Virus record (IMG/VR): IMGVR_UViG_3300025838_000004 | Coordinates: 1-55,987 of that record | Reading direction: 5' to 3' (one strand) | Source of the DNA: a virus | Lineage: Duplodnaviria; Caudoviricetes | Length of the DNA: 55,987 bases | Shown: positions 34,979-44,740 of the stretch, in pieces | Layout of the letters: every line of letters starts with the position of its first letter | Position numbering within the stretch: the stretch's first letter is position 1 | Notes under the pieces: generated by a model | Told to the model about the DNA's origin: nothing | What the model saw: only the letters and a program-made list of their open reading frames with translations | The model's database searches: none | Made by a program: the position numbers and the translations under genes

Positions 34979-35893
34979 TTAAGCTCCTGGTGTACCGTAC
35001 ATAGCACGTGGATCGGTCCAACCTGGGATATAACGTTCTGTTGCTTTGTAACGCATAGAGTCGGTTTCGAAGTCACCTTCCATTGTCTTCTCTAATGCAC
35101 GACGCATCAACAATTTCATACCTTCTGGAGCATCTGTTTGGATCCACCAGTTAGTTGAAGATGTTAAACGGCTAATAACCGATGCACCTTCAGGCAATAA
35201 ACCAATTGATTTAATTGGGTTAATGTCATTGTTTGCTGTACCAGTTCTTAGAACAGATTTCAACAATACTTCAGCTTGGAAAACGTTACCTGGGGCAACG
35301 ACAATCTTAAGCGGTTGTAAGCGAATTTTCTTACCATTGTTATCAACTGCTTGACGGATTTGAATCAACATCTGTTCGAGAGATGTTTGAGATAAAGCCG
35401 CTGCCGTTGCTAACTGATTGCTAAATGTACCTGAAGCAATCGGGTGAGCTGTGTTAATCAAAGATACGCCATCACCACCAACATATGAAGAGTTAAATGC
35501 ACGGTTCAAAATGTTAGCACATAACAATTCTTTAGTTTCTACTAAAGATTGTGCTAAGTGCTTAGCGTATACTTGACCTAAACGGATATGGTCACCGTCT
35601 TCAACTAAAACTCTAGTTAAAGCAAATGCCAAACCGAATACTTGGTAAACATAACGCTGTAAGAACAATACACCACCTTGTTGATATGTAACAGGTGAGC
35701 CGTCAGGAAGCTGAGGAGCTGCACCGAAACCATATAACACTGGTTCTTCATGGTAGTTACGTGGAATACCTGCTTGTTCACGGAAAACTGTAGACCATTC
35801 GTCGGAACGCTGATCATACACACCGTCAAAGGATTCGTTCAATATAGGTTCTACAATTGAACGGAAGTCCGTACTTCTCATTGGGGCTGCCAT
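34979..35893 (-). CDS. Major capsid protein (HK97 fold, Mu gpT-like)
   Basis: 304 aa; L.GFG.AP, LA..LA.S...TKE..AN.LN.AF, GGDG..L....HP, RYKA.ERY..GW.DPR. Confidence 0.9.
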   Translation of the reverse strand: MAAPMRSTDFRSIVEPILNESFDGVYDQRSDEWSTVFREQAGIPRNYHEEPVLYGFGAAPQLPDGSPVTYQQGGVLFLQRYVYQVFGLAFALTRVLVEDGDHIRLGQVYAKHLAQSLVETKELLCANILNRAFNSSYVGGDGVSLINTAHPIASGTFSNQLATAAALSQTSLEQMLIQIRQAVDNNGKKIRLQPLKIVVAPGNVFQAEVLLKSVLRTGTANNDINPIKSIGLLPEGASVISRLTSSTNWWIQTDAPEGMKLLMRRALEKTMEGDFETDSMRYKATERYIPGWTDPRAMYGTPGA

Positions 35894-35909
35894 AATTTAT
35901 TCTCCTATA

Positions 35910-36545
35910 TTAAACTGCTGCTGTGTATTGACCGTAGAAGTTAGTAGAGCTTAACTGTACACGAACTATTGTGTAAGCATCACCCCATGCATTATCTACG
36001 TTTTGACATAAATCTACCACACGCATAGCAGCTTGCTGACCGTTAGTAACAGCAGTTGAAGCTCCTAATGTTGCTTGTGATAACCCGGTTGTTGAATTAC
36101 CCGCAGTAATGTTGGTAAACCAATATTCACCACCGATACTTGTTTGAGCCATAGAACCGTCAGCTTGGATTTCATAAACGATGTTGAGGTCGTTATAGAA
36201 ATAAGCATTAGTGACTGAACCTGCTTGAACAGTTGTACCTGATGGCCAGTAGTTGGAAACACGACGACGGCCTGTTGTGTCAGTAAACTCAACGCCTTGG
36301 AATGAACCTGTTACGGCATACTGTTGGCTTGATGAATTTCCTGTTGTGGTTTGAGCAGCAATAATTGTACCGTTAGCAGAGCCAGTAGAACCTACGTTAG
36401 CAGCACTAACGTAGGCAATAGGTTGCTGTTTGTAAATATTGGCTGCATAACCCGAAGTGATACCGTTTTGTAAGCATTGTGCTCTTTCTAATCCTGTTGG
36501 AAAGAAGGCAGGACGCAAACCAAACGGAGCGGATACTGAAGACAT
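35910..36545 (-). CDS. Putative head decoration/stabilisation protein
   Basis: APFGLRP N-terminus, F.GVE.TD, YEIQ.DG; immediately upstream of the major capsid gene. Confidence 0.7.
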   Translation of the reverse strand: MSSVSAPFGLRPAFFPTGLERAQCLQNGITSGYAANIYKQQPIAYVSAANVGSTGSANGTIIAAQTTTGNSSSQQYAVTGSFQGVEFTDTTGRRRVSNYWPSGTTVQAGSVTNAYFYNDLNIVYEIQADGSMAQTSIGGEYWFTNITAGNSTTGLSQATLGASTAVTNGQQAAMRVVDLCQNVDNAWGDAYTIVRVQLSSTNFYGQYTAAV

Positions 36546-36655
36546 ATTTTACTCCTTAAAAATGGTTAATTAAAATTTTGTTTTTGACGCTTTATTCAAA
36601 GCTATAAAGCAAAATCGCAATTAACGCAATTTTTAAAGACATTATATACTTGTTT

Positions 36656-37189
36656 CTACCACACGGTAGGAACAGGTCGTGACAAATCAAACTGCATTCC
36701 GTCACCTTCAATTTCACCTAATTTTCTACCATTCGAATCACGAGCATTCAATAATGAATCTTGTTGAACTCTAATCTTCTCTTGCTCATCCATTGGTGCA
36801 TAATGGTGCACTTCTGCCATGTATGCCTCATAAATGTCAATAGGAAGTTTATAGAGAACCATCTCATTACATGCAACAAATCCCTCCATTTCTCCCGCTT
36901 TTACACGGAAATTTTCAAAGCCTGGAACTTCATCGGCTTTCACTGGAGTATATCCAATTCTCATACGACGGTGAATAGGATCATATTGATGTGTAGTAGA
37001 TAACCAACAAGTATGAAAACCCGGAATATCCGGTGCTTTAGGTAAAGCTTCTTGAAGGAACTCATCACGGAACATTCTACGACGTTCCTGAGATAATGCA
37101 AAATTACTTTCTGGTGAGGCACGTGAATCGTCCATTGCTGAACGAGTTTCACGACTTCTTACTGAATTCTTTTTTAAACGATCATCCAT
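36656..37189 (-). CDS. Conserved head-module protein
   Basis: LP.AP..PG....WL...R.R.GY.PV.A.E; position between scaffold and capsid genes. Confidence 0.75.
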   Translation of the reverse strand: MDDRLKKNSVRSRETRSAMDDSRASPESNFALSQERRRMFRDEFLQEALPKAPDIPGFHTCWLSTTHQYDPIHRRMRIGYTPVKADEVPGFENFRVKAGEMEGFVACNEMVLYKLPIDIYEAYMAEVHHYAPMDEQEKIRVQQDSLLNARDSNGRKLGEIEGDGMQFDLSRPVPTVW

Positions 37190-37191
37190 GA

Positions 37192-38160
37192 CTAGCTCCT
37201 ATTCTTGTTTTGTCGGTCCCACTCAATATAACGTTGAGTAGCTTTTCTACGAAGTTCTGGGTTGTCCCACATTCCGGCTTCTTTAATAGCATTCACACGA
37301 TCTGTACTGAGTACATATTCGTTTCCTCTAGTGTTTGCCATCGATTCTTTACCTGAACTTGTCACAACTGACCTCGGTCTTGGATTACGTGATTTAGTCT
37401 CATTATACTCATGTTTTGCAGTATTCGGTAAATATTTTTTAAGCCTATCATCAAGTTCATCCCAATAGTCTTCAGATGCTGGATCAAATCCTTCTTCTGT
37501 TAACTTTTTGTCAATTACTTGTGCAATAGAAGACTCTTCATTTTTGCCATGAGGATCATACCACTCATTTCGTTCCATCCACTCAGCAGCAAGTCTTTGC
37601 ACCATAGGGTCAGGCACATTGATATTCTGTTTAGGTTGTGACATTTGAGTAGTTGCTTGCTTCTTCATGCTTTGAAGAGATTCTTGTTTACGTTTTGCTT
37701 CAAACCATCTTTCTTGCGCTTCTGTAAGACCTTGACCATCTTGTCTTGAAATCGCATCTTGCATTTTCATCTTTGCATATTCGACTTCAACTGCAGCATC
37801 TTCAATTGCTTTATCAACTCTTGCAAGCTCAGCGCCACTGGTCTTTTGCTCAACACGAGCAAGACGCTCGGCAAGCATTTCATTTTGCTTCTTTAATGCA
37901 TTGATTAAATGGTTTGACTCTCGTGCTTTTTCACGATGAATTTGTTTCTTTAATCGACGTTCTTCACGTCTAGCAGCTCTAATCTGCTCTCTTTCATCAT
38001 CTACATCATCTGAATCATGAGATGCACTTTGTGTTTCATTCTCATTATCAGGTAATGTTTCTTGTTGCTGTGGTGACTCTATGTTTTCTGGTAATTGTAC
38101 AGTTGCGGAGCCGTCATCTGACTCAGCAATTTGCATCTCCAGCTTTTCTGTTGGCGTCAT
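37192..38160 (-). CDS. Putative capsid scaffold protein
   Basis: Acidic N-terminus, long coiled coil, W...N.W...G.DP....YW.ELD.R. Confidence 0.7.
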   Translation of the reverse strand: MTPTEKLEMQIAESDDGSATVQLPENIESPQQQETLPDNENETQSASHDSDDVDDEREQIRAARREERRLKKQIHREKARESNHLINALKKQNEMLAERLARVEQKTSGAELARVDKAIEDAAVEVEYAKMKMQDAISRQDGQGLTEAQERWFEAKRKQESLQSMKKQATTQMSQPKQNINVPDPMVQRLAAEWMERNEWYDPHGKNEESSIAQVIDKKLTEEGFDPASEDYWDELDDRLKKYLPNTAKHEYNETKSRNPRPRSVVTSSGKESMANTRGNEYVLSTDRVNAIKEAGMWDNPELRRKATQRYIEWDRQNKNRS

Positions 38161-38180
38161 GCAATTTTCCTCTCAAAAAT

Positions 38181-38603
38181 TTAAATGAATGCTTTAATTT
38201 CGCGTGGATCACCGGTGACTTTGCCAATTAGTTCATGGTCATTAAAGAAAGTAAATAAAGCTCTTCCTTTAGCGCCATTTTCATCTTCAAAATCAATTTC
38301 CCATCGATCTCCACCCCATTTTGGAACACGTACGAAGTCACCAACACTTGCCCATGCACCTTCCGGCCATGGATCCATTGATTCTCGTTTTCTAAATGCT
38401 AAAGGACCAATTGCAATCACTTTACCAATCATTGTGTTCCACTTCTCTGCTTCTTTTGTTTCTTCAGGAATATAAATTCCTGCACTTGTTACTTTTTCTT
38501 TGACTGCTCTTAACTGAATAAGAACTCTTGCACCGTACGGAGCCATTAAAGGGTCTACAAGTGGAAATGCTTCTACTAACGTTTGTTCGATATCATTCGA
38601 CAT
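38181..38603 (-). CDS. groES: Co-chaperonin GroES (Cpn10)-like protein
   Basis: P.G.RVLI, T.AGIYIP, G.VIAIGP, VGD.V, ND.E.IG.V. Confidence 0.85.
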   Translation of the reverse strand: MSNDIEQTLVEAFPLVDPLMAPYGARVLIQLRAVKEKVTSAGIYIPEETKEAEKWNTMIGKVIAIGPLAFRKRESMDPWPEGAWASVGDFVRVPKWGGDRWEIDFEDENGAKGRALFTFFNDHELIGKVTGDPREIKAFI

Positions 38604-38781
38604 CTCTATCCTTTTCTTCTAAAAGATTGTTTAAAATATCCAAGGCTTCTGCCAGCCCTTGGTGTATACCTACATATCTCTGGTAACTTTCAAAGTTCAC
38701 GAACCTTCCATTTACCATTGACTCTACTACTTCTTGCTGCTTTGCTTTTACTGCACTAATAAAACTGTTTGTAAGGTCCAT
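38593..38781 (-). CDS. Small conserved head-module protein
   Basis: G....E.Y..YVG...GL..A; coupled to neighbouring genes. Confidence 0.75.
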   Translation of the reverse strand: MDLTNSFISAVKAKQQEVVESMVNGRFVNFESYQRYVGIHQGLAEALDILNNLLEEKDRDVE

Positions 38782-39101
38782 TAACGACCTCTAGCATTCG
38801 GTTTCTTTCCCACTGCTATTGCTATCATTAAACCAGGTTTCTTAGTCATTCCACCTTTTTTCATGGTAGCAACTGAATGAGGAACTGGTTTTGTTAACTT
38901 TGGCTTAGTTCCTTTAGCAGGTAAGTTTCTTACTTTGCTTTCAGGGTATGCACCAATTAACTCATTATCAGGCTGATGTGACTCAGGGATTACTTGTCCA
39001 CCTTTAGCATACTTCTTAACCTTACCACCTTTTTTAAGATGATTTGCTTCTTCCATTCCGTACATAGCCATGCGCTTATGCTTGTTAATTGCTTCAGACA
39101 T
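38781..39101 (-). CDS. Small basic protein with three KxGG tags
   Basis: LKKGG, YAKGG, MKKGG; start chosen after the AAGGAG RBS. Confidence 0.7.
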   Translation of the reverse strand: MSEAINKHKRMAMYGMEEANHLKKGGKVKKYAKGGQVIPESHQPDNELIGAYPESKVRNLPAKGTKPKLTKPVPHSVATMKKGGMTKKPGLMIAIAVGKKPNARGR

Positions 39102-41622
39102 TTCTTTCTCCTTGAAGTTGGTTTTGAGCTTCAATTGCAGTCTTCAGTTGCTCATGCTGAAGCTCTGCTGCGTCACTTGTAAGCTCAGCAGACTTAATTC
39201 TTTCTTGCGTTAAATTATTCTCTGTATTTTGTTGCATTTCTGCTTGAATCTGTGCTGCTTTTTCTTGTGCAATCATCTGCATGTCTTGTGCTTTTAGCTG
39301 TATGTCAGCCTTGTCTTTTGCGGCTTTACGCTGTGTTTCTGCCATTGCAGTTTGTGTAAGCGCTTGTACTTGAGCCATGACATTCGGATCAGTAGGTTGC
39401 TGTTGCTGACCTTGCATTTTCTGCATCATCTGTAGCATTTGTTGTATAGAAGGCATAATCTGTTGTGTCAGTTTTTGTCCTGCATCTTGTAACACATGCT
39501 GTGTAGCCACTGCAATCACTTGCTGAGCTTCTTTAATGATAGGTCTAACAGTGTGTACATCATACGGTTCACCGAGTGCATTCGATGCATACTTATCAGT
39601 CTCACTAAGGTACCATAGTGTTAAGTGTTGTTTCAGATGCTCTAGCATTGCTGGCAGAAGTACAGGGGCCATGATCGGATTAGATCCGTACAACGGATCC
39701 ATTGCATATGGTAAGTGAGTTAAGAAATGTGCCAAGTGATCTTGATGAGGGAAAGCACCGACAGGTTTTCCGAGTGTCATTGCCACATTTTCAAGCGCTG
39801 GGTTCATATCTTGTACTTTTGCAGGATCTGGAAGCACTTCGTTAATGTCTGGAAGCTTAATTTGCTTCAAAATTCTTCGTTCTACCGCAAGTCTATTGTA
39901 CAGATCAGGATTTGCTTGTGCTCTTTGTGACAAAGTCTGAATCTGCGCATAACGCTGTGATTCAGCAAAGATGTGTGGGTCAGATACAGGTATTACATCA
40001 CTATTTGACTCAAAATCATCAGGCGTGACATGCAGATCTGCAATAATGTCATTCTTTCTTTGCTCGTCTAAGTACCATTTGTTCAGTCTTGTAATAATTC
40101 TAAAGACTCGACGCTGAGAATCATGTAATCTTGAGTGAATTGATGAGAAAACCGCTGCGCCTTGCTCGATTAATGCTTGAGTTGTACCGACAGGTGCATT
40201 CGATGTTACATCTGCTATCTTTTCTTCAGATGTAGTCACTACGCCTTTCGCAGCATCTGTTAACCATGCAAGAAGTTGAAAAAGAATAGGACTTGGTGGA
40301 TTAAATGGCACTGGCATTGCAATTTTTCTTACATCATCTACTCCAGGCGCACCTTCAATTTCTGTAACTTGTGTAACATCAATACTCGTAGACTGACCCG
40401 AGATCTTTCCGCCCTTAAGCTTAAGCATGGTCGGAGCGTTATTGATGTGCGCAGAATCCAGTAAAGCACGGAGTGCACCAGTAAGAGCAGCAGAAAGACC
40501 GCCAATGAGATGAGGAAGCCCAACAGCATATGCCCCTCTCCAAGGAATAAACTTAAATTCGATAATCCAGTCAAGTTTAGTAAGTGTTTCATCGCCATTC
40601 TCCCAGTTACGATATAGACCAAGTACTGCATTCTCTGATTGATCTATCATTAAAATGTAAGGAGCACGCTCACCTTTTGTGACCTTATCTTCTTGTAGTT
40701 CTAACCATGTATAGATGTGATAGACACGGCGAACGCCGTCAATGTTTGTATTTTCTGAAGTTTTACCTTCAATCTTATTGTTTGCTTTTTCTGACTTCGT
40801 CATGTCAGGCTCTTGTGATACTCTATACACGCCTAAATCACGGTACAAGCCACTTGCTACTCGAATCTCATATTCTTCTTGCGTAATGTCTTGTACTTCA
40901 GTTACACGGTGCGCTGTATAAAAGTTTCCTGCAGCAAAAGGCAAATAGATGTTGTCAATCGGTACAAACTCAATACAAGGACGCTTCTTATGCTCGTCAT
41001 ACCACACTTTAAGATACTGTGAGCCACCGAGCGGAAGCTGTGTAAGCATTTGTTCTTGCTCATCACGATACTCTTCAATCTGCTCAGTTAACTGCCAGTT
41101 CATATAATCACGCTTACGATCAGCACGATCCACTTTATCTTTGGTCATCTCACCCACGATTTTTGTTCTTACTGGGCCATCGGGCGGAAAGAGTTCTTTA
41201 ATCGCACGAGCCGCAAAGTCAATACACGCCTCTGCCATAACAGGGTGAACAACCTTAGATGCTCCCATGAACTGAGCACCACCAGGCGCATCATGTCCTA
41301 GACCAGTTCTACGAATGCCCTCTTCATATTGCTTATCACGCTCTTCACGTGCGTTCTTATCTTTCTCGATCAGCTCAATGTACTTCAGTGAGACTTTATC
41401 TAGCTCCCACTCATCGACTGAGTCTGCTAAGTTCTCATAAAAGTCAGGCGTTTCTTCTGGTCCTTTAAGATCATCTAGTCTTACGATTGCAGAGCCGTCT
41501 TCTTGCTCTTCAATCTCAGAGTGTTCGAACATCTCTGCAATTGATGGATCAGTTTCTGTTTCTTCTTGAGACAGAGGCGCAATAAAGCGATTAAAGTCTT
41601 GTGGTATGGGCATCTCAGCCAT
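39094..41622 (-). CDS. Portal protein
   Basis: 842 aa; GAS.V.HP...EA...F.A.A.KEL.P..GPV, LPL.GS...KV, APVGTT.AL.E; Gln-rich C-terminal barrel. Confidence 0.88.
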   Translation of the reverse strand: MAEMPIPQDFNRFIAPLSQEETETDPSIAEMFEHSEIEEQEDGSAIVRLDDLKGPEETPDFYENLADSVDEWELDKVSLKYIELIEKDKNAREERDKQYEEGIRRTGLGHDAPGGAQFMGASKVVHPVMAEACIDFAARAIKELFPPDGPVRTKIVGEMTKDKVDRADRKRDYMNWQLTEQIEEYRDEQEQMLTQLPLGGSQYLKVWYDEHKKRPCIEFVPIDNIYLPFAAGNFYTAHRVTEVQDITQEEYEIRVASGLYRDLGVYRVSQEPDMTKSEKANNKIEGKTSENTNIDGVRRVYHIYTWLELQEDKVTKGERAPYILMIDQSENAVLGLYRNWENGDETLTKLDWIIEFKFIPWRGAYAVGLPHLIGGLSAALTGALRALLDSAHINNAPTMLKLKGGKISGQSTSIDVTQVTEIEGAPGVDDVRKIAMPVPFNPPSPILFQLLAWLTDAAKGVVTTSEEKIADVTSNAPVGTTQALIEQGAAVFSSIHSRLHDSQRRVFRIITRLNKWYLDEQRKNDIIADLHVTPDDFESNSDVIPVSDPHIFAESQRYAQIQTLSQRAQANPDLYNRLAVERRILKQIKLPDINEVLPDPAKVQDMNPALENVAMTLGKPVGAFPHQDHLAHFLTHLPYAMDPLYGSNPIMAPVLLPAMLEHLKQHLTLWYLSETDKYASNALGEPYDVHTVRPIIKEAQQVIAVATQHVLQDAGQKLTQQIMPSIQQMLQMMQKMQGQQQQPTDPNVMAQVQALTQTAMAETQRKAAKDKADIQLKAQDMQMIAQEKAAQIQAEMQQNTENNLTQERIKSAELTSDAAELQHEQLKTAIEAQNQLQGERNV

Positions 41623-44600
41623 GTTTACCTCTCATCATCAGTTCAAATTTCATTCGGTCGTGTTCCAACGATTTTATATGGCCGCCGTGTTTATAACCTT
41701 GTATTGGCTTTTTAATGTAATGCTGATTGACTAATTGATCCCAAAGCTCTTTGCTGATAAATCTAGGTAAGTTAGGAACAGCAGCTCTAATATTAGCATC
41801 AATCTCTCTCCCACCTGCCATTTCTTTCATTCGAGATGTGTCTACAGCACCGATATTCCAAAGATCATTCACATCTTCTATTTCAGTAAATGGATGATGA
41901 TTTAGAAAATCAATTACTTCTGCTCTATACTTAGGAGAAACTTCTTTATTACTTTTGCCTTTGATCTGCATAATATGTACAGGGTCGTTAGGCGAATTAC
42001 CTTCTGTGGTTGTATTTCGAGCAGGGTTGGTCTCAATTGTCACATGAGGTTTACCTTTGGCATCACGAAGTGTGAAGATTCTAGAGTCAAGATTAGCAAC
42101 TTCATTTGTATAACCGCCTACACAGTGACCCATTAAATCGCCTTCTTCTTTAAGCGCTTTGTCAAGAGTATAATGAGGTGTGTTAAAACTTTCGATTGCT
42201 TCTTCAGGCGTTTTACCTGCTGCACCTACATCAACGCCTTGTTTATCACGAACTAAAAATGCATCTTTAGTAGGGTGCTTCTCGACTTTAAATCCTTCAG
42301 GCAGTGTATTAGCAGTGTCTAAAGGCTCTTTAAGCTCATGCCAAGCCATACCATTGTCATATGTTTTTAGTGCTGGAAAGTTCTGTCTAAACTCACCTAG
42401 GTTCTTTACTGTTGCTTTCTCTGCTAAGTCAGCACGATATTTGTTGATCTTAGCAACATGTCTGACTGCATCTGGGACTGTCATACGCTCTAGATCTTTA
42501 GTAGAAAGTCGAAGATGCTGTGGTAGATCAGTAGTTGAGGCAACTGCATTTCTAAGCTCATCAGTTAAGTGGTCAAAGCCGAAGTTGCTTAGCGTTTGAT
42601 ATCTATTTATCTCTGCTTCAGGGTCTTTTTCAAGCGCTTTTTGCAACCCTTTCCATTCTTCTACTGAAGGATGCTCATCTGGATGTAATCGATGCAATGC
42701 ATCTTTAATCTTAACTGTGTCTAAACCCCAGTCAGTTTTAAACTCCCATTCTTTTCCTGCATTCGTAGTAGCAAGCCCTTCTCTAGGATGACCACGTTCT
42801 TCTCTTACATCGCCAAGGATCTTAAACACATTAGTCATGGTGGGGTCTAATTGTTCAAATCGGTCACCAAGGTCTTGCATATGCGTAATTCCTTGATCTG
42901 CAAGGTTACGAACTGGATCTTTAGGCGTTCCCATGTCATTCTTAATATAGTTCTTAAGACGCTTATCAACCCATTGATTTAGTGACTGTGTTTCTAGCAT
43001 ATATTGACGTTGTTCAGGAGAATAGCCTATCCTGTCTGCCATTTCTTCCCAACCAGGTCTAAGGGTATAAGGGTCAGAATCATGCGCTAAAGTAAGACCT
43101 TTCTTAAAAGGCTTTAATGCATAATTAAGCTGCGCATCTACCCAATTACCGCCTGGGTTCTTAATTGAATAGTTCCAACCTTTATCGTCTTGTCGTTTCT
43201 TGATCTCTGCTTTCATCTGAGCAGCTGTCGGCTTATTCAGATTTCTTTGCGTTTGTTCTTTAAGCTGTTTACTCGTTACATAGATCGGATTACCTAACTT
43301 ATCCACACCTTTTTGAACTAATGCATTTTCAGGGTTAAGATTAAGTCCGTACTGCCCTTGTTTTAATGGATAATGCTTTAATAATTGATCTTCAGGTAAA
43401 TCCATTCTTACGCCAGGAAGATCTGCTTCCATTTCACCTGCTGTATGATAGTATCGATCAGTTGGTTCGATAAACGGAATCAATGAAGCTTGGCCGTGAT
43501 TTGCAATGTTTACAGCATTGTCATACTGATCACCATGTGGTGGTCTGCCTTTTTCTTTTTCAAAGAGCTTAGCAGCATCTAAAGCAGAAATATTGTTCTT
43601 GTTCATCAACTGCTCTAGCTCATAAGCATCTTCCATAATATGCGAAGGCGGGTGCATTGAAGGATTACTACCTTTTTCAAACCCTTCATAGTGCTGAATA
43701 GCATGCTGAAGCTCATGTTTTAATACTTTCTTTGCTTCTTTAGGGTCTTTTAGTAGCGAATTATGCAAATCAATTCTATTCAGCATCTCATTATAGCGAC
43801 CATCAGCGCCTGGAATATCCCACATATGTACGTTAATATCACCAAGATGAGGGTATGCGTTAAATAGCTTAGGATGATCTATAATGTCTCTTACTTTCAA
43901 GTCAGACCGATTAGCAAGCGATGGATCTATCTTCATCTGAGAACCTATATCAGGTATCTCTTGACGCCATTTTTGGTCAAGACCTCTATATGTGCCTGTC
44001 AATGAGTGTATTACATCAGGCTCATACTTTTCTTTTTCTAACTGTTTTGCAAAACTGCTAAAGTCTGCATTCCATAGATTTGACTTTTCACCTTGCATAA
44101 TACCAGTCTGAAGACTAGGTAATCCATATCTTCTTGTCAAATCATCAGCTGTTTTCATCATGCCTTGACCTACAAGCTTTCCTGCAGCAGGGGCATACTT
44201 CGTTGCAGCAAGTGGATCAATCATACCCCCTACAACATTTGTGCCTAGTTGCGTCATTGCATTCGATGTGTAAGGCTTAAGTCCAGGGACTTTATCTGAC
44301 ATTGATTTCAGATAGTCTTCAGTAGTTGGCATTGCAGTTTCAGAGCTGACTGTGTTCGGCAATAAGTAATTAAGACCTGCTCGACCTAACGACTCGATGT
44401 CCCCAAAAATACCTGGAACTGATGCGGCTGTGCCTAATCCTGCAGATCCTAGAGTAAGACCTAATCCTTTCATTGCGCCTGTGAACATCCCAATTGGGTC
44501 AACAGTCACTGGCTGCCCGGCTCTGTTTCTTGCAACTGCTTTATTGGCATCAACCGCTGCTCTCATTTTCTCTATTTCAAGCGGGTTGTACGTCTCATTT

Positions 44601-44704
44601 GCTGGAACGTATGCTCCCATCGGATCAACATAACTTGGATCAGGTTGATAGTTGTAATTGCCTTCAAGTGTGACCGAAGATGTAGGTAGCGGCATGCTAT
44701 TCAC
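41615..44704 (-). CDS. Large polyvalent protein: LPD23-like zincin domain plus PcfJ-like domain
   Basis: G.D.KWR.EI.D, HP.LF.AYP.L, HELQHAIQ..EGF..G, AGE.EA; L..EG..MGHCVG.Y, I..LRD..G.PH.TIE, QIKGK.N; C-terminal YKHGG. Confidence 0.75.
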   Translation of the reverse strand: MNSMPLPTSSVTLEGNYNYQPDPSYVDPMGAYVPANETYNPLEIEKMRAAVDANKAVARNRAGQPVTVDPIGMFTGAMKGLGLTLGSAGLGTAASVPGIFGDIESLGRAGLNYLLPNTVSSETAMPTTEDYLKSMSDKVPGLKPYTSNAMTQLGTNVVGGMIDPLAATKYAPAAGKLVGQGMMKTADDLTRRYGLPSLQTGIMQGEKSNLWNADFSSFAKQLEKEKYEPDVIHSLTGTYRGLDQKWRQEIPDIGSQMKIDPSLANRSDLKVRDIIDHPKLFNAYPHLGDINVHMWDIPGADGRYNEMLNRIDLHNSLLKDPKEAKKVLKHELQHAIQHYEGFEKGSNPSMHPPSHIMEDAYELEQLMNKNNISALDAAKLFEKEKGRPPHGDQYDNAVNIANHGQASLIPFIEPTDRYYHTAGEMEADLPGVRMDLPEDQLLKHYPLKQGQYGLNLNPENALVQKGVDKLGNPIYVTSKQLKEQTQRNLNKPTAAQMKAEIKKRQDDKGWNYSIKNPGGNWVDAQLNYALKPFKKGLTLAHDSDPYTLRPGWEEMADRIGYSPEQRQYMLETQSLNQWVDKRLKNYIKNDMGTPKDPVRNLADQGITHMQDLGDRFEQLDPTMTNVFKILGDVREERGHPREGLATTNAGKEWEFKTDWGLDTVKIKDALHRLHPDEHPSVEEWKGLQKALEKDPEAEINRYQTLSNFGFDHLTDELRNAVASTTDLPQHLRLSTKDLERMTVPDAVRHVAKINKYRADLAEKATVKNLGEFRQNFPALKTYDNGMAWHELKEPLDTANTLPEGFKVEKHPTKDAFLVRDKQGVDVGAAGKTPEEAIESFNTPHYTLDKALKEEGDLMGHCVGGYTNEVANLDSRIFTLRDAKGKPHVTIETNPARNTTTEGNSPNDPVHIMQIKGKSNKEVSPKYRAEVIDFLNHHPFTEIEDVNDLWNIGAVDTSRMKEMAGGREIDANIRAAVPNLPRFISKELWDQLVNQHYIKKPIQGYKHGGHIKSLEHDRMKFELMMRGKHG

Positions 44705-44740
44705 TCACAATGGGAATAATGCAATCATAACACGACTCTG

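Noticed and set aside
14934-44633. Plus-strand ORFs within the structural arm (e.g. 14934, 17800, 27802, 28441, 32728, 38185, 42180, 44397) and minus-strand ORFs within early genes
   Set aside because: Antisense shadows of long real genes, without RBS or recognisable motifs.
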